Below are positions 54,951 to 64,000 of a stretch of 64,000 nt of DNA, piece by piece. The number at the start of each line of letters is the position of its first letter. Position 1 is the first letter of the stretch. Origin of the DNA: Paludibacteraceae bacterium. GTDB lineage: Bacteria > Bacillota > Clostridia > Lachnospirales > Lachnospiraceae. The position numbers and the translations under genes were made by a program. Below the pieces are notes generated by a model, which was given only the letters and a program-made list of their open reading frames with translations, did no database searches and was not told where the DNA came from. The DNA lies in assembly GCA_963628035.1 (NCBI GenBank), contig CAVGED010000015.1, positions 1,397-65,396 of the forward strand, read 5' to 3'.

Positions 54951-56014
54951 TAGTTATCGCCCCCTTTCTCATCCTCTGCATCGATATTTTCTATATGATC
55001 CGTTTCCTCCGAATCCGACTCTGAATCAACTTCCGGTTCCGTATCCGTTCCCGGCTCCGACTCGGCTTCCAGACCGGAATCCGACTCCTGTGTCAGCTTC
55101 AGGAACACATCCTCCAGAGACTTCTTCTCTATACTCATGCCAAGGATCGGCTGCTTTGCCTCTGCCAACGCATAGAACAGCCGCTCTCTGGGATCGCTGT
55201 TCTTCTCGGCCGTAACCGTCACATGCACCGTTCCATCCTTTCCATCTGCTGTAACCGCATAGGAAGTGATCTCCCTGACCGCATCCAGCACCTGACAGAT
55301 CCGCTTCTCGTCGCCCTTGATCTCCAGCTTGATCTCCGGCGCTCCCTCCATCCGCTGGCTCAGATTCTCCGTAGCATCGCTGGCTACCAGCTTTCCTTTG
55401 GAAATAATAAAGATATGATCGCAGACCTCGCTGACTTCCGACAGGATATGGGAGCTTAAGATCACAGTGTGCTTTTTCCCAAGTTCCCTGATCAGATCCC
55501 GCATCTCAATGATCTGCTTGGGATCCAGACCTACGGTAGGCTCGTCTAAGATGATCACCTCCGGATCGCCCAGGATTGCCTGTGCCAGCCCGACTCTCTG
55601 CTTGTAGCCCTTGGACAGATTGCGGATCAGGCGGCTCTCCATCTCCGTGATGCTGGTCATCTCCATGACCTTCTCCACCTGCTCCTTGCGCGCCTCTCTC
55701 TTGATTTTCTTCAGCTCCGCCACGAAATTCAGATACTCAAGAACCGTCATCTCCTGGTACAGCGGCGGTATCTCCGGCAGGTAGCCAACACACCGCTTGG
55801 CCTCCTCCGGCTGCGCGAAGATATCGAAGCCGTTGATCTTCACCTCACCGGCAGTAGCGCCCAGATATCCGGTGATGATATTCATCGTAGTGGACTTTCC
55901 TGCGCCGTTTGGCCCCAAGAATCCATAGATTCTGCCTGGCTCCACGGTGAGACTCAGATCGTCCACCGCCACATGATCTCCGTACTTCTTCGTCAAATGA
56001 CTTATTTCGATCAC
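54950..56014 (-). CDS. ABC transporter ATP-binding protein with acidic C-terminal tail
   Basis: GTG start after GGGAGGA. Walker A GPNGAGKST, signature LSKGYKQR, Walker B VIILDEPT. About 45-aa D/E/S-rich tail. Confidence 0.9.
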   Translation of the reverse strand: MIEISHLTKKYGDHVAVDDLSLTVEPGRIYGFLGPNGAGKSTTMNIITGYLGATAGEVKINGFDIFAQPEEAKRCVGYLPEIPPLYQEMTVLEYLNFVAELKKIKREARKEQVEKVMEMTSITEMESRLIRNLSKGYKQRVGLAQAILGDPEVIILDEPTVGLDPKQIIEMRDLIRELGKKHTVILSSHILSEVSEVCDHIFIISKGKLVASDATENLSQRMEGAPEIKLEIKGDEKRICQVLDAVREITSYAVTADGKDGTVHVTVTAEKNSDPRERLFYALAEAKQPILGMSIEKKSLEDVFLKLTQESDSGLEAESEPGTDTEPEVDSESDSEETDHIENIDAEDEKGGDN

Positions 56015-56101
56015 AAAAAATTCCTCCCTTTTTCATCGCATTTTTTTCATTCTAAAAATGAAATGTGATAAAAAACGGAAGGAATTGTGTTTTTTCTGTG
56101 T

Positions 56102-57460
56102 CTATACCAGCTGTTTCTTCTTCCAGCCTCCCTGAAAATACCGGGCCGCCGCGATGACAAGCCCCACGAACCAGCCAATGGGATTCGCCCACATGATGAT
56201 CATGCCGCCTGTCGCGTCCGCCAGCGCATAGGTCAAAAGCACTCTGGTACACAGATTTGCCAGGCTGCTGGTTAGAAACCACTTCATATCGGCAGCTCCC
56301 CGGAGCACGCCGTTACTGACGTTCATAAGGCCCATGACAAAATAGAACAGCGACACGATCCCCAGATATTCCGCCCCGATGGCAATGGCCTCCGCGCCCT
56401 TGTCAGAATCCATGAACAGCCCTACAAACTGCTCTCCGCAGAAGAAAAAGATAACTGCTATAAGGATTCCGATGCCTGCTGACATCATCAGACAGATGCG
56501 GTAACCCTTGCCGATGCGCTCCGGCTTCCTGGCTCCCATATTCTGCGCCACATAGGTGGACATGGCGTTGCCTACCGCTACCATGGGAACAATGGCAATT
56601 CCGTCAATCTTGATGGCCGCCGTGTACCCGGCCAGGAACATGGAACCGAAGCGATTCACCGCCGCCTGTATCAGCAGCATACCCACAGATACGATGGACT
56701 GCTGAATAATGGTGGGTATGGCAACTGTTATCATATTTTTCAGCATATGCGCATCGTAGCGTACATACCGCTCCGTCTTGATTCCCCTGAGCTTAATCAT
56801 CAAAAATACAAAGGACAGCACCGCCGAAATTCCCTGGGCGATCAGCGTCGCCCATGCCACACCGGCCACCCCCATTTGAAGCCCTGCCACAAAGTAGATA
56901 TCCAGTCCGATATTCAATAAGGAGGAAAAGATCAAAAATATCAGCGGCTTCACGGAATCCCCCAGTGCATTGAAAATGGCTGAGAATGCATTGTATAAAA
57001 ACAAAAATACAAATCCGTAGAAATAGATCTGCAGATAAGTCACCGCATCTGCAAATATATTCTCCGGCGTACCCATCAGTCCAAGCAGCCCCCGGTTGAT
57101 TGCCATCCCGATAAGGCTTAAGATCAGACTGAATCCCAGGATGGAAATCAGGGCTGTGGAGATAGCCGTCTTCATTTCTTCCAGCTTCCTTGCACCGTAT
57201 AGCTGGGATATGACAACCGAGCAACCTATACCGGTGCCGACTGCGATCATCACGAAAAGCATCGTGACGGAGGTGGATGCTCCCACCGCCGCCAGGGCGT
57301 CGGAACCCACCACGTTTCCCACTACGATGGAATCAATGATATTATAAAATTGTTGAAACAGATTCCCCACTACCATGGGGATTGTAAAAAGGATCAGGGG
57401 CTTCACCGGATTTCCTACGGTCATGCTGGCCCTGCTGCTCTTTTGTTCTTGCTCGGACAT
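56102..57460 (-). CDS. MATE-family efflux transporter
   Basis: 452 aa with 12 predicted TM segments. N-terminal PMVVGNLFQQFYNIIDSIVVG is typical of MATE/NorM-like pumps. Confidence 0.85.
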   Translation of the reverse strand: MSEQEQKSSRASMTVGNPVKPLILFTIPMVVGNLFQQFYNIIDSIVVGNVVGSDALAAVGASTSVTMLFVMIAVGTGIGCSVVISQLYGARKLEEMKTAISTALISILGFSLILSLIGMAINRGLLGLMGTPENIFADAVTYLQIYFYGFVFLFLYNAFSAIFNALGDSVKPLIFLIFSSLLNIGLDIYFVAGLQMGVAGVAWATLIAQGISAVLSFVFLMIKLRGIKTERYVRYDAHMLKNMITVAIPTIIQQSIVSVGMLLIQAAVNRFGSMFLAGYTAAIKIDGIAIVPMVAVGNAMSTYVAQNMGARKPERIGKGYRICLMMSAGIGILIAVIFFFCGEQFVGLFMDSDKGAEAIAIGAEYLGIVSLFYFVMGLMNVSNGVLRGAADMKWFLTSSLANLCTRVLLTYALADATGGMIIMWANPIGWFVGLVIAAARYFQGGWKKKQLV

Positions 57461-57580
57461 TGCTGTTTACCTCTGCGCTTTTAATTTCTTTTCTTAATTC
57501 TTTGCATGTCGGCGAAAAAGCCGTTCAAGAGATTATGGTAACACAGGCGCCCCAAAAATACAAATGCTAATTTCTTATAA

Positions 57581-57736
57581 TAGTTCAGCCCACGCCATTC
57601 GCAAAGGAACCTTCGGTTCTTTCTCGCTGCTTCGCAGCTAACTTTGCTCATAAACGGGCGTTCCCTCAGACCGAAAGTAGTCCGCTAAATTCGTGCAAGC
57701 ACGATTTATCGTCCTGCTATCGGTCTGGCTGAACTA
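57581..57736. repeat. 156-bp highly structured MITE/REP-like element (copy C, full length) with 10-bp terminal inverted repeats
   Basis: tagttcagcc ... ggctgaacta termini. Internal nested hairpins (aggaacc/ggttct, gctgc/gcagc, cagaccga/tcggtctg, aaattcgtgc/gcacgattt). Confidence 0.7.
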
Positions 57737-57795
57737 TTTTATAAACTTTTAATATTTTCAGTTTTCCTTTATTTTCCGCACTTTTTCGAGCCTTG

Positions 57796-57822
57796 TTAGC
57801 ACTCGCTTTGAAAGAGTGCTAA
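57796..57822. promoter_or_regulatory. CIRCE operator (HrcA binding site)
   Basis: TTAGCACTC-gctttgaaa-GAGTGCTAA is a perfect match to the CIRCE consensus TTAGCACTC-N9-GAGTGCTAA. Confidence 0.9.
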
Positions 57823-57829
57823 TTTTCTA

Positions 57830-57858
57830 TTGACTTTTTTAACGGACAGTATTAAAAT
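57830..57858 (+). promoter_or_regulatory. sigma-A type promoter TTGACT-17-TAAAAT for htpG
   Basis: ttgact tttttaacggacagtat taaaat, beginning 7 nt downstream of CIRCE and ending about 70 nt upstream of the htpG ATG. Confidence 0.6.
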
Positions 57859-57930
57859 TCTTAACAGAATGCAGAGGCTCTTACATACTGTCCTCTGTCA
57901 CCAATATATCAATAAAGGAGTGTATGCGAT

Positions 57931-60048
57931 ATGAGTAACAAACATGGAAGTCTTTCCATTAACAGCGACAATATTTTTCCGATTATAAAGAAATGGCTGT
58001 ATTCCGACCACGATATCTTCTATCGTGAGCTGGTATCCAACGGCTGCGACGCCATCACCAAGCTGAAGAAGCTGGATCTGATGGGCGAATATACCCTGCC
58101 GGACGGCTATGAGCCCAAGATACAGATCGTGGTAAATCCTGAGGACAAGACCATCAAGATCAGCGATAACGGTCTTGGCATGACCGCGGATGAGGTTGAG
58201 GAATACATCAACCAGATCGCCTTCTCCGGCGCCACGGATTTTCTGGAGAAATACAAGGATAAGGCCAGCGAGGAACAGATCATCGGCCATTTCGGTCTGG
58301 GCTTCTATTCTGCCTTCATGGTAGCAGACGAAGTTCATATTGATACGCTGTCCTACCGGGAAGGTGCCACCCCGGTACATTGGGAATGCGACGGCGGCAC
58401 GGAATTCGATATGACCGACGGCACGAAGGATAGCGTCGGCACCGAGATCACACTGTTTTTAAATGAGGACTGTGTGGAATTTGCCAACGAATACAAGGCC
58501 AGAGAGGTTCTGCAGAAATACTGCTCCTTCATGCCTACCCCGATCTTCCTGTCCAAGGCCAACGCCGAGACAGAATATGAGACGATTCCTGCCGAGGAAG
58601 TCACCGAGAAGGATACAGTTGTTGAGCACATCACCGAAGAGGCCAAGTACGAAGAGAAGGAAAAAGAAGACGGCACCAAGGAGCAGGTTGAGGTCTCCCC
58701 GAAGAAGGAGAAGGCCAAGATTGTAAAGCGCCCGGTTCCGTTAAACGATACCAACCCGCTGTGGGCAAAGCACCCCAACGAATGCACCGATGAGGAGTAC
58801 AAGGCCTTCTACCGTAAGGTGTTTATGGATTACAAGGAGCCCTTGTTCTGGATCCATCTGAACATGGACTATCCCTTCAACTTAAAGGGAATCCTCTACT
58901 TCCCGAAGATCAATACGGAGTACGATTCCATCGAAGGAACCATCAAGCTGTACAACAACCAGGTGTTTATCGCAGATAACATCAAGGAGGTTATCCCGGA
59001 ATTTCTGATGCTCTTAAAGGGCGTTATTGACTGTCCGGATCTGCCGTTAAATGTCTCCAGAAGCGCTCTGCAGAACGATGGCTTTGTGAAGAAGATCTCC
59101 GACTACATTACCAAGAAGGTAGCAGACAAGCTCATCGGCATGTGCAAGACCGACAAGGAATCCTATGAGAAATACTGGGATGACATCAGCCCCTTCATCA
59201 AGTACGGCTGCTTAAAAGATGAGAAGTTCTGTGACAAGATGAACGATTACATCCTGTTCAAGAACTTAGACAGCAAGTATCTGACACTGCCGGAGCTTCT
59301 GAAGAAGGAAGAAGAAAAAGCTGCGGAAACCGCGGTAGACGAGAATGGCAATCCGGTGGATGCAGAGGTTGTTGAAGATAGCAAGGATGCTTCAGCTGAT
59401 ACTGCTGACAGCGATGCGGATACTGCAGAGAATGAAGAAAAGGATACCAGAAAGACCGTTTACTATGTAACGGACTTACAGCAGCAGAGCCAGTATATCA
59501 ACATGTTCAAGGAACAGAATATGGACGCTGTCATCCTGGATCACAACATTGACACCTCCTTCATCACACAGTTGGAGCGCCGGAACGAGCACTATCGTTT
59601 CCAGCGGATCGATGCTGATGTAAATGAATCCATGAAGGAAGAAGGCTCCGAAGAGGAGTTGAAGGAAGCTACCGACACGCTGACGGATACCTTCAAGAAA
59701 GCCCTTGGACGCGACAACCTGAATGTGAAGGTGGAGAAGCTGAAGAATGCCAATATCTCCTCCGTCATCACCCTCTCCGAGGAAGGCCGTCGTATGCAGG
59801 ATATGATGAAGATGTACGGCATGGCCGGTATGGATCCGTCCATGTTCGGCGGTGACAGCACGCTGACACTGAATGCCAACAATGCCCTGGTGAAGTACAT
59901 TCTGGAGCATAAGGATTCCGAGCATGTACCCATGTTCTGCCAGCAGTTGTATGACCTGGCACTGATCTCCAATCACCCGCTGACGCCGGATGAGATGAGC
60001 AAATTTATCGCCAGAAGCAATGAGATAATGATGCTGCTTGCGAAGTAA
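57931..60048 (+). CDS. htpG: molecular chaperone HtpG (Hsp90)
   Basis: 705 aa. GHKL ATPase motifs ELVSNGCDA, DNGLGMT and GHFGLGFYS. Acidic linker. AAAGGAG RBS. Confidence 0.95.
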   Translation: MSNKHGSLSINSDNIFPIIKKWLYSDHDIFYRELVSNGCDAITKLKKLDLMGEYTLPDGYEPKIQIVVNPEDKTIKISDNGLGMTADEVEEYINQIAFSGATDFLEKYKDKASEEQIIGHFGLGFYSAFMVADEVHIDTLSYREGATPVHWECDGGTEFDMTDGTKDSVGTEITLFLNEDCVEFANEYKAREVLQKYCSFMPTPIFLSKANAETEYETIPAEEVTEKDTVVEHITEEAKYEEKEKEDGTKEQVEVSPKKEKAKIVKRPVPLNDTNPLWAKHPNECTDEEYKAFYRKVFMDYKEPLFWIHLNMDYPFNLKGILYFPKINTEYDSIEGTIKLYNNQVFIADNIKEVIPEFLMLLKGVIDCPDLPLNVSRSALQNDGFVKKISDYITKKVADKLIGMCKTDKESYEKYWDDISPFIKYGCLKDEKFCDKMNDYILFKNLDSKYLTLPELLKKEEEKAAETAVDENGNPVDAEVVEDSKDASADTADSDADTAENEEKDTRKTVYYVTDLQQQSQYINMFKEQNMDAVILDHNIDTSFITQLERRNEHYRFQRIDADVNESMKEEGSEEELKEATDTLTDTFKKALGRDNLNVKVEKLKNANISSVITLSEEGRRMQDMMKMYGMAGMDPSMFGGDSTLTLNANNALVKYILEHKDSEHVPMFCQQLYDLALISNHPLTPDEMSKFIARSNEIMMLLAK

Positions 60049-60052
60049 GAAT

Positions 60053-60092
60053 ACAGCTCAGTCAGACCGGAAATGGGTGTGTGCTGAACTGT
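60053..60092. repeat. degenerate REP/MITE-like element (copy D)
   Basis: acagctcag-...cagaccgg...-ctgaactgt. One mismatch in the 9-bp arms. The interior resembles part of copy C. Confidence 0.5.
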
Positions 60093-60100
60093 TACGTAAA

Positions 60101-60137
60101 AAAGCCGGGAGGTTCATCTCTGAATCTCCCGGCTTTT
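60101..60137. terminator. bidirectional rho-independent terminator (htpG / prsA-like)
   Basis: aaaagccgggag-...-ctcccggctttt: 9-bp GC stem flanked by an A-run and a T-run. Confidence 0.85.
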
Positions 60138-60150
60138 CTACGTCATTTTC

Positions 60151-61155
60151 CTACTCTACCGTAACCTTCCCATACTCCTCATATACTTCAAAGAAGCTGT
60201 CTGTCTTAAGTTCATCGCTGAATTTCAGCTTCACGCCATTCCACAGCTTCTCATTCATTCTGGAAGGTGTCTGGGCTACAAAGGCATCGTACACGTCGTC
60301 GAAGGCTTCCTTCTTGCGGCGTTCCAGAATCGTCTGCTTGTTGGCATCCGTCAGCTCCTGGTCGTAATTATTGATGCATTTGATGAAATAATAACCGTCA
60401 TCCGTCTCTATCGCACCGCTGATTGTATCCTTAGCCAGTGCAAAGGCAATCTCCTCCACCGCTTTGGGCCTGTCGCCCCGGCCGAAAGAAACCTCTGTCT
60501 GCTCCGCCTCATTATATGTACCTGCCAAGGTCAGGAAATCTGTCCCCTGCGTCAATGCGGCCGCCACGGCATCCGCCTTTTCCTTTGAGGTAACGAAAAT
60601 CTCCTGGGCCGTCATCACTCTGGCTTCATCATCGCTGACCTCTTCCCTGACACCGGCAGTCAGGCTCTGATACAACTTGTCAGCCAGACCATACTGGCGG
60701 TACAGCTTCGCGATATCGCTCTCCTTTACCCCCATGTACGCGATTTCCTTTTTGCTTAAGGAATCATAATACTTCTTTGCTGCCTCCTTGATCCGATCCT
60801 GCTCCTCGTCCGTCAGACTGATCCCCTGCTCATCAGCCAGGAGATCCATACTGACAATCTTGGCGAGCTGGGAAATCGTCAGATCCTTCACATACTGTTC
60901 CAGGCTGTTATCGCCAAGGTCCTGTTGCCATAGATTCACACCATATACCGTACCGTAAATATTCTGGTAATTGAGCAGGATCACCCTGGCCTCCGCCAGT
61001 GAACAGCTGGTCTTATCAATGCGGAACACCTCATTGCCGGAAAGCTTGGGGTTTATGACGACCTCCTTACCATTCAGACGGCAGCCGCCGACATTCATGC
61101 CAACCGTCAGGGCAAGTGTCAGCACCAGCGCTGTTTTTTTTATAAAATTCTTCAT
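60151..61155 (-). CDS. PrsA-like lipoprotein foldase (parvulin-type PPIase domain, degenerate)
   Basis: Lipobox MNVGGC. Parvulin-like segment ...TAQEIFVTSKEKADAVAAALTQGTDFLTLAGTYNE...DDGYYFIKC. Confidence 0.65.
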   Translation of the reverse strand: MKNFIKKTALVLTLALTVGMNVGGCRLNGKEVVINPKLSGNEVFRIDKTSCSLAEARVILLNYQNIYGTVYGVNLWQQDLGDNSLEQYVKDLTISQLAKIVSMDLLADEQGISLTDEEQDRIKEAAKKYYDSLSKKEIAYMGVKESDIAKLYRQYGLADKLYQSLTAGVREEVSDDEARVMTAQEIFVTSKEKADAVAAALTQGTDFLTLAGTYNEAEQTEVSFGRGDRPKAVEEIAFALAKDTISGAIETDDGYYFIKCINNYDQELTDANKQTILERRKKEAFDDVYDAFVAQTPSRMNEKLWNGVKLKFSDELKTDSFFEVYEEYGKVTVE

Positions 61156-61172
61156 CCCTGCTATCCTTGCCT

Positions 61173-62573
61173 TTACTCCGCTGTACTTTCGAGAATGCTT
61201 CGCGCCACGCTGATTCCGTTGGCGGAAGCCTGCTGTAAGCCTCTGGTCACAGAAGCACCGTCCCCGATGGCACGTAAGCCCCGGATACTTGTCTCAAAGC
61301 CCTTATCCACTACGACCTTATTGGAGTAGAACTTAACCTCCACGCCATACAACAGTGTCTCGTCACTGGCAATTCCGGGTGTCACCTTGTCCAGTGCCTC
61401 CAGCATCTCCACAATGTCCACCATGATACGATGGGGGAATACCAGGGACAGATCTCCCGGAACCGCGTCCTTCAGGGTCGGGATCAGGTTGTTGCGGCAC
61501 AGCCGCTCCTCTGTGGTTCTCCTGCCCCGTTTGAAATCTCCGAAGGTCTGTACCAGGATCTTCCCATCACAGAGCATATTGGAGAGCTGGGCGATCTGCT
61601 TGCCATAGGCGATGGGTGTCTTGAACGGCTTCGTAAAGTTCTTGGACACCAGCAGGGCAAAGTTGGTATTGTTCGTCTTAAGATCCTTGGACTTATAAGC
61701 ATGGCCATTCACCACAGCCAGACCATCATCATAATATTCCGTGGCCACCTCGCCGGATGGATTGGTACAGAAAGTACGCACCTTATCATCGAAGGTAGGT
61801 GTATGATATACCAGCTTGGCCTCATAAAGATTCTTGTTGAGGAATTCCATCACCTCATCGCGCACCTCCACGCGAACGCCGATATCCACGGTTCCCACCT
61901 GGGTCTCAATGCCCTTCTGTTCACAGACATGTGCAAACCAGTCCGCACCTTCCCGGCCTACCGCACAGACCACCTCAGGTGCATAATAGGTCTCGTTTTT
62001 ATCCGTAACGACTCCCTTTACCTGACCATCCTCCACCAGGATGTCTGAAACCATCGTATGGAACTGCATGACAACTCCCTGCTCCAAAAGATGCTCCTGG
62101 AGCCGGCAGTAGATCTTGTAGCCCTCCTCAGTTCCCAGATGACGGATCGGACATTCGATAAGCTTTAAGTTGGCATTGATGGCCTTCTTGCGGATCTCGC
62201 GGATCTCCTTCTCCTTATCCACACCGTACACATTGGTATCGGCGCCGAATTTCAGATATATATCATCGGACTCCTTGATCAGCTTTGTAGCCTCTTCATA
62301 GCCCAGGATTTCCGGCAGATTCCCGCCGACGTCCGGGGACAGGGACAGCTTCCCATCCGAGAATGCTCCCGCTCCGGCAAAGCCCGTGGTTATAGAGCAG
62401 GGCTGGCAGCCCACACAGGTCTTTGTCTTCCGCTTGGGACATTGGCGCTCCTCAATCCGTCTTCCTTTTTCAATCATCAGTACCTTCAATTCCGGCTTTG
62501 TATGGATCAGCTCATAGGCACAAAATATGCCGGATGGTCCTGCACCGATAATGATCACATCAAATTTTTCCAT
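61173..62573 (-). CDS. FAD/NAD(P)-dependent oxidoreductase (uncharacterised FAD-dehydrogenase family)
   Basis: 466 aa. N-terminal dinucleotide fold DVIIIGAGPSG. Confidence 0.7.
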   Translation of the reverse strand: MEKFDVIIIGAGPSGIFCAYELIHTKPELKVLMIEKGRRIEERQCPKRKTKTCVGCQPCSITTGFAGAGAFSDGKLSLSPDVGGNLPEILGYEEATKLIKESDDIYLKFGADTNVYGVDKEKEIREIRKKAINANLKLIECPIRHLGTEEGYKIYCRLQEHLLEQGVVMQFHTMVSDILVEDGQVKGVVTDKNETYYAPEVVCAVGREGADWFAHVCEQKGIETQVGTVDIGVRVEVRDEVMEFLNKNLYEAKLVYHTPTFDDKVRTFCTNPSGEVATEYYDDGLAVVNGHAYKSKDLKTNNTNFALLVSKNFTKPFKTPIAYGKQIAQLSNMLCDGKILVQTFGDFKRGRRTTEERLCRNNLIPTLKDAVPGDLSLVFPHRIMVDIVEMLEALDKVTPGIASDETLLYGVEVKFYSNKVVVDKGFETSIRGLRAIGDGASVTRGLQQASANGISVARSILESTAE

Positions 62574-62578
62574 TCTTC

Positions 62579-62842
62579 TTATGCCTCCACAATAAGATAT
62601 CTTCCGTCCGGAAGTGCAAACACTTCCGACGCTTCTTCCAGTTCATCGTCATCCATCTGCGAGATATCTGCACCTTCTTCTAAAAAATACTCACGTACCT
62701 CACGCAGATTCCCACAGACAACCGCCAGACAGTCCGCAAGGAATTCTTCTGCTTCCTCCGGGCTCTCAGCAACCGGTTCCTCAAATAGCTGGGACTGCTT
62801 CTTCAAGAACGTTTTCAGCACAATCTCATCATATTCGTTCAT
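62579..62842 (-). CDS. small acidic hypothetical protein
   Basis: 87 aa, 5 nt upstream of the oxidoreductase gene. No recognisable motif. Confidence 0.5.
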   Translation of the reverse strand: MNEYDEIVLKTFLKKQSQLFEEPVAESPEEAEEFLADCLAVVCGNLREVREYFLEEGADISQMDDDELEEASEVFALPDGRYLIVEA

Positions 62843-62948
62843 ATCGATTCCTCCTTGCGCTTATTCGCACATTCTATCTTAATATGAATCTATGGAAAAT
62901 TCAATGGTTTTTTCATGAAACTTTTGATATCCCCCATTATTGCTTTCT

Positions 62949-64000
62949 CTACGTGTCCTTCCTCAATATTCCCATATACGCTTCATAAACGTACACTCTA
63001 TTCCTAGCCGCATTCGTTGTTTCCTGCAAAATGTCTAGTTCTACAAGTTTCTTCACTGCTGTGGCTGCCGTATTATAACTGATTCCTAGTTCCTTTGCCG
63101 TCCTCTTGATATCAATAATTGGATACTGCTCGATGTAATCAAACACTGCTCGCAAATTATCTTTCCTTCGCGTAGCCCTCGGAAGCTTTGTGATATTCTT
63201 ATCATGTAAATTCGAAAGCATACTTATTGATTCTAACGAATCCAACGCCGCCTTACTTACCGCTTCCAGGAAAAACTTTATCCATTGTTCAAAGTTCCCC
63301 TTTCTTCTTACCTCGCTGATTCGATCATAATATTCCACTTGATTCTTTTTCAGAAAAAAAGATATATAAATAATCGGCTTACTAAGCAGCCCCTGCTCCA
63401 TCAGATAAAGCAATATCAATAATCTTCCAATTCTTCCGTTTCCATCCAAAAAAGGATGTATTGTTTCAAACTGATAATGAATAAGCGCCGTTCGAATCAA
63501 TGGATCATAATCAGCATTTTCATTCATATACTTTTCTAAATCTGACATTGCTTCTTGCATGTCCTGTACATTCGGCGGAACATATCGTGCTTCTTTTAAA
63601 GAACAATTCGCCGGCCCTATCCAGTTCTGAGAAATCCGAAACTCTCCCGGTGTCTTATCCTGCCCACGAGTTCCTTCCATCAACACTGCATGTACTTCTC
63701 TAATTAATCTGCAACATAATGGTAAATTTTCCAATCGTTTCAAAGCATACTGAGTTGCCTTTATATAATTAATAACATCAGAAACATCAAGATTTGCATT
63801 CATGTCCACCTCTGGGTCAAGTACATCATCAAGCGTACACTGTGTTCCCTCTATTTGAGAAGAGATCAGTGCTTCTTTTCTGACATACATCGATATAAAC
63901 AAATCTGCGTTTTTTATTAAGTTTGATGCCATATCAAGCTTAGCAAGCTGGCGATTTGCCTCCACTACCAGCCCTACCATTTCTTCATCTGTTATAATTT
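62949..64000 (-). CDS. Fic-family protein (probable AMPylase) with C-terminal wHTH; the 5' end probably lies beyond the window
   Basis: Fic motif HPFLDGNGRIGR. N-terminal inhibitory-helix-type motif SSQIEG. The reading frame stays open from 63980 to the window edge. Confidence 0.8.
   Translation of the reverse strand, partial: IITDEEMVGLVVEANRQLAKLDMASNLIKNADLFISMYVRKEALISSQIEGTQCTLDDVLDPEVDMNANLDVSDVINYIKATQYALKRLENLPLCCRLIREVHAVLMEGTRGQDKTPGEFRISQNWIGPANCSLKEARYVPPNVQDMQEAMSDLEKYMNENADYDPLIRTALIHYQFETIHPFLDGNGRIGRLLILLYLMEQGLLSKPIIYISFFLKKNQVEYYDRISEVRRKGNFEQWIKFFLEAVSKAALDSLESISMLSNLHDKNITKLPRATRRKDNLRAVFDYIEQYPIIDIKRTAKELGISYNTAATAVKKLVELDILQETTNAARNRVYVYEAYMGILRKDT

Overview
Chromosomal segment that looks like a Clostridia (Lachnospiraceae-like) genome: about 50% GC, AGGAGG-type ribosome binding sites, and about 50 of 56 CDS on the minus strand. 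I found no rRNA, tRNA, CRISPR, transposase or integrase. All product calls come from motif and architecture recognition by eye; no database search was run. Several ORF-track starts were moved to an internal ATG or GTG that has an RBS.

Contents, left to right:
(1) 1-14.5 kb: a glycyl-radical-enzyme bacterial microcompartment (BMC) locus of the rhamnose/1,2-propanediol type (GRM5-like). It holds rhaB, rhaA, the GRE and its activase, an encapsulated class II aldolase, a GlcG-like protein, CoA-acylating ALDH, Zn-ADH, four BMC-H-type shell genes, pduL, a BMC-P gene, and pduS-like and pduT-like genes.
(2) 14.6-16.7 kb: an XRE-HTH/TPR (RNPP-like) regulator with an unannotated convergent 48-aa secreted pro-peptide gene, and a Uma2-family endonuclease.
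(3) 16.7-23.5 kb: a JetA-JetB-JetC (Wadjet/MksFEB-like SMC) operon with no JetD. An AraC-type gene sits 12 nt downstream in the JetD position. A perfect 5.2 x 54-bp tandem repeat fills the operon leader.
(4) 23.6-28.6 kb: a CPA2 antiporter, a satellite BMC pair (pduU/eutS-like and pduV/eutP-like), a serine hydrolase, an asparaginase and a CBS/ACT protein.
(5) 28.7-52 kb: a roughly 22-kb unidirectional glycan-utilisation cluster. It holds GDPD, an LplABC-type ABC importer, an EEP lipoprotein, a 1552-aa beta-helix protein, an SGNH esterase, GH65 phosphorylase, a 1246-aa GLUG-repeat protein, a small ORF, a lipoprotein, beta-PGM, an MFS-GH2 fusion, and a divergent AraC regulator.
(6) 52-64 kb: an ABC-2/GldG/DUF4340 module, a MATE pump, CIRCE-htpG, a PrsA-like foldase, an FAD oxidoreductase, and a Fic protein that runs off the right edge.

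Two families of small structured dispersed repeats are also present.

The most unusual items are the JetD-less JetABC+AraC operon with its repeat-filled leader, the regulator/pro-peptide pair, the transporter-glycosidase fusion, and the composition of the glycan locus.
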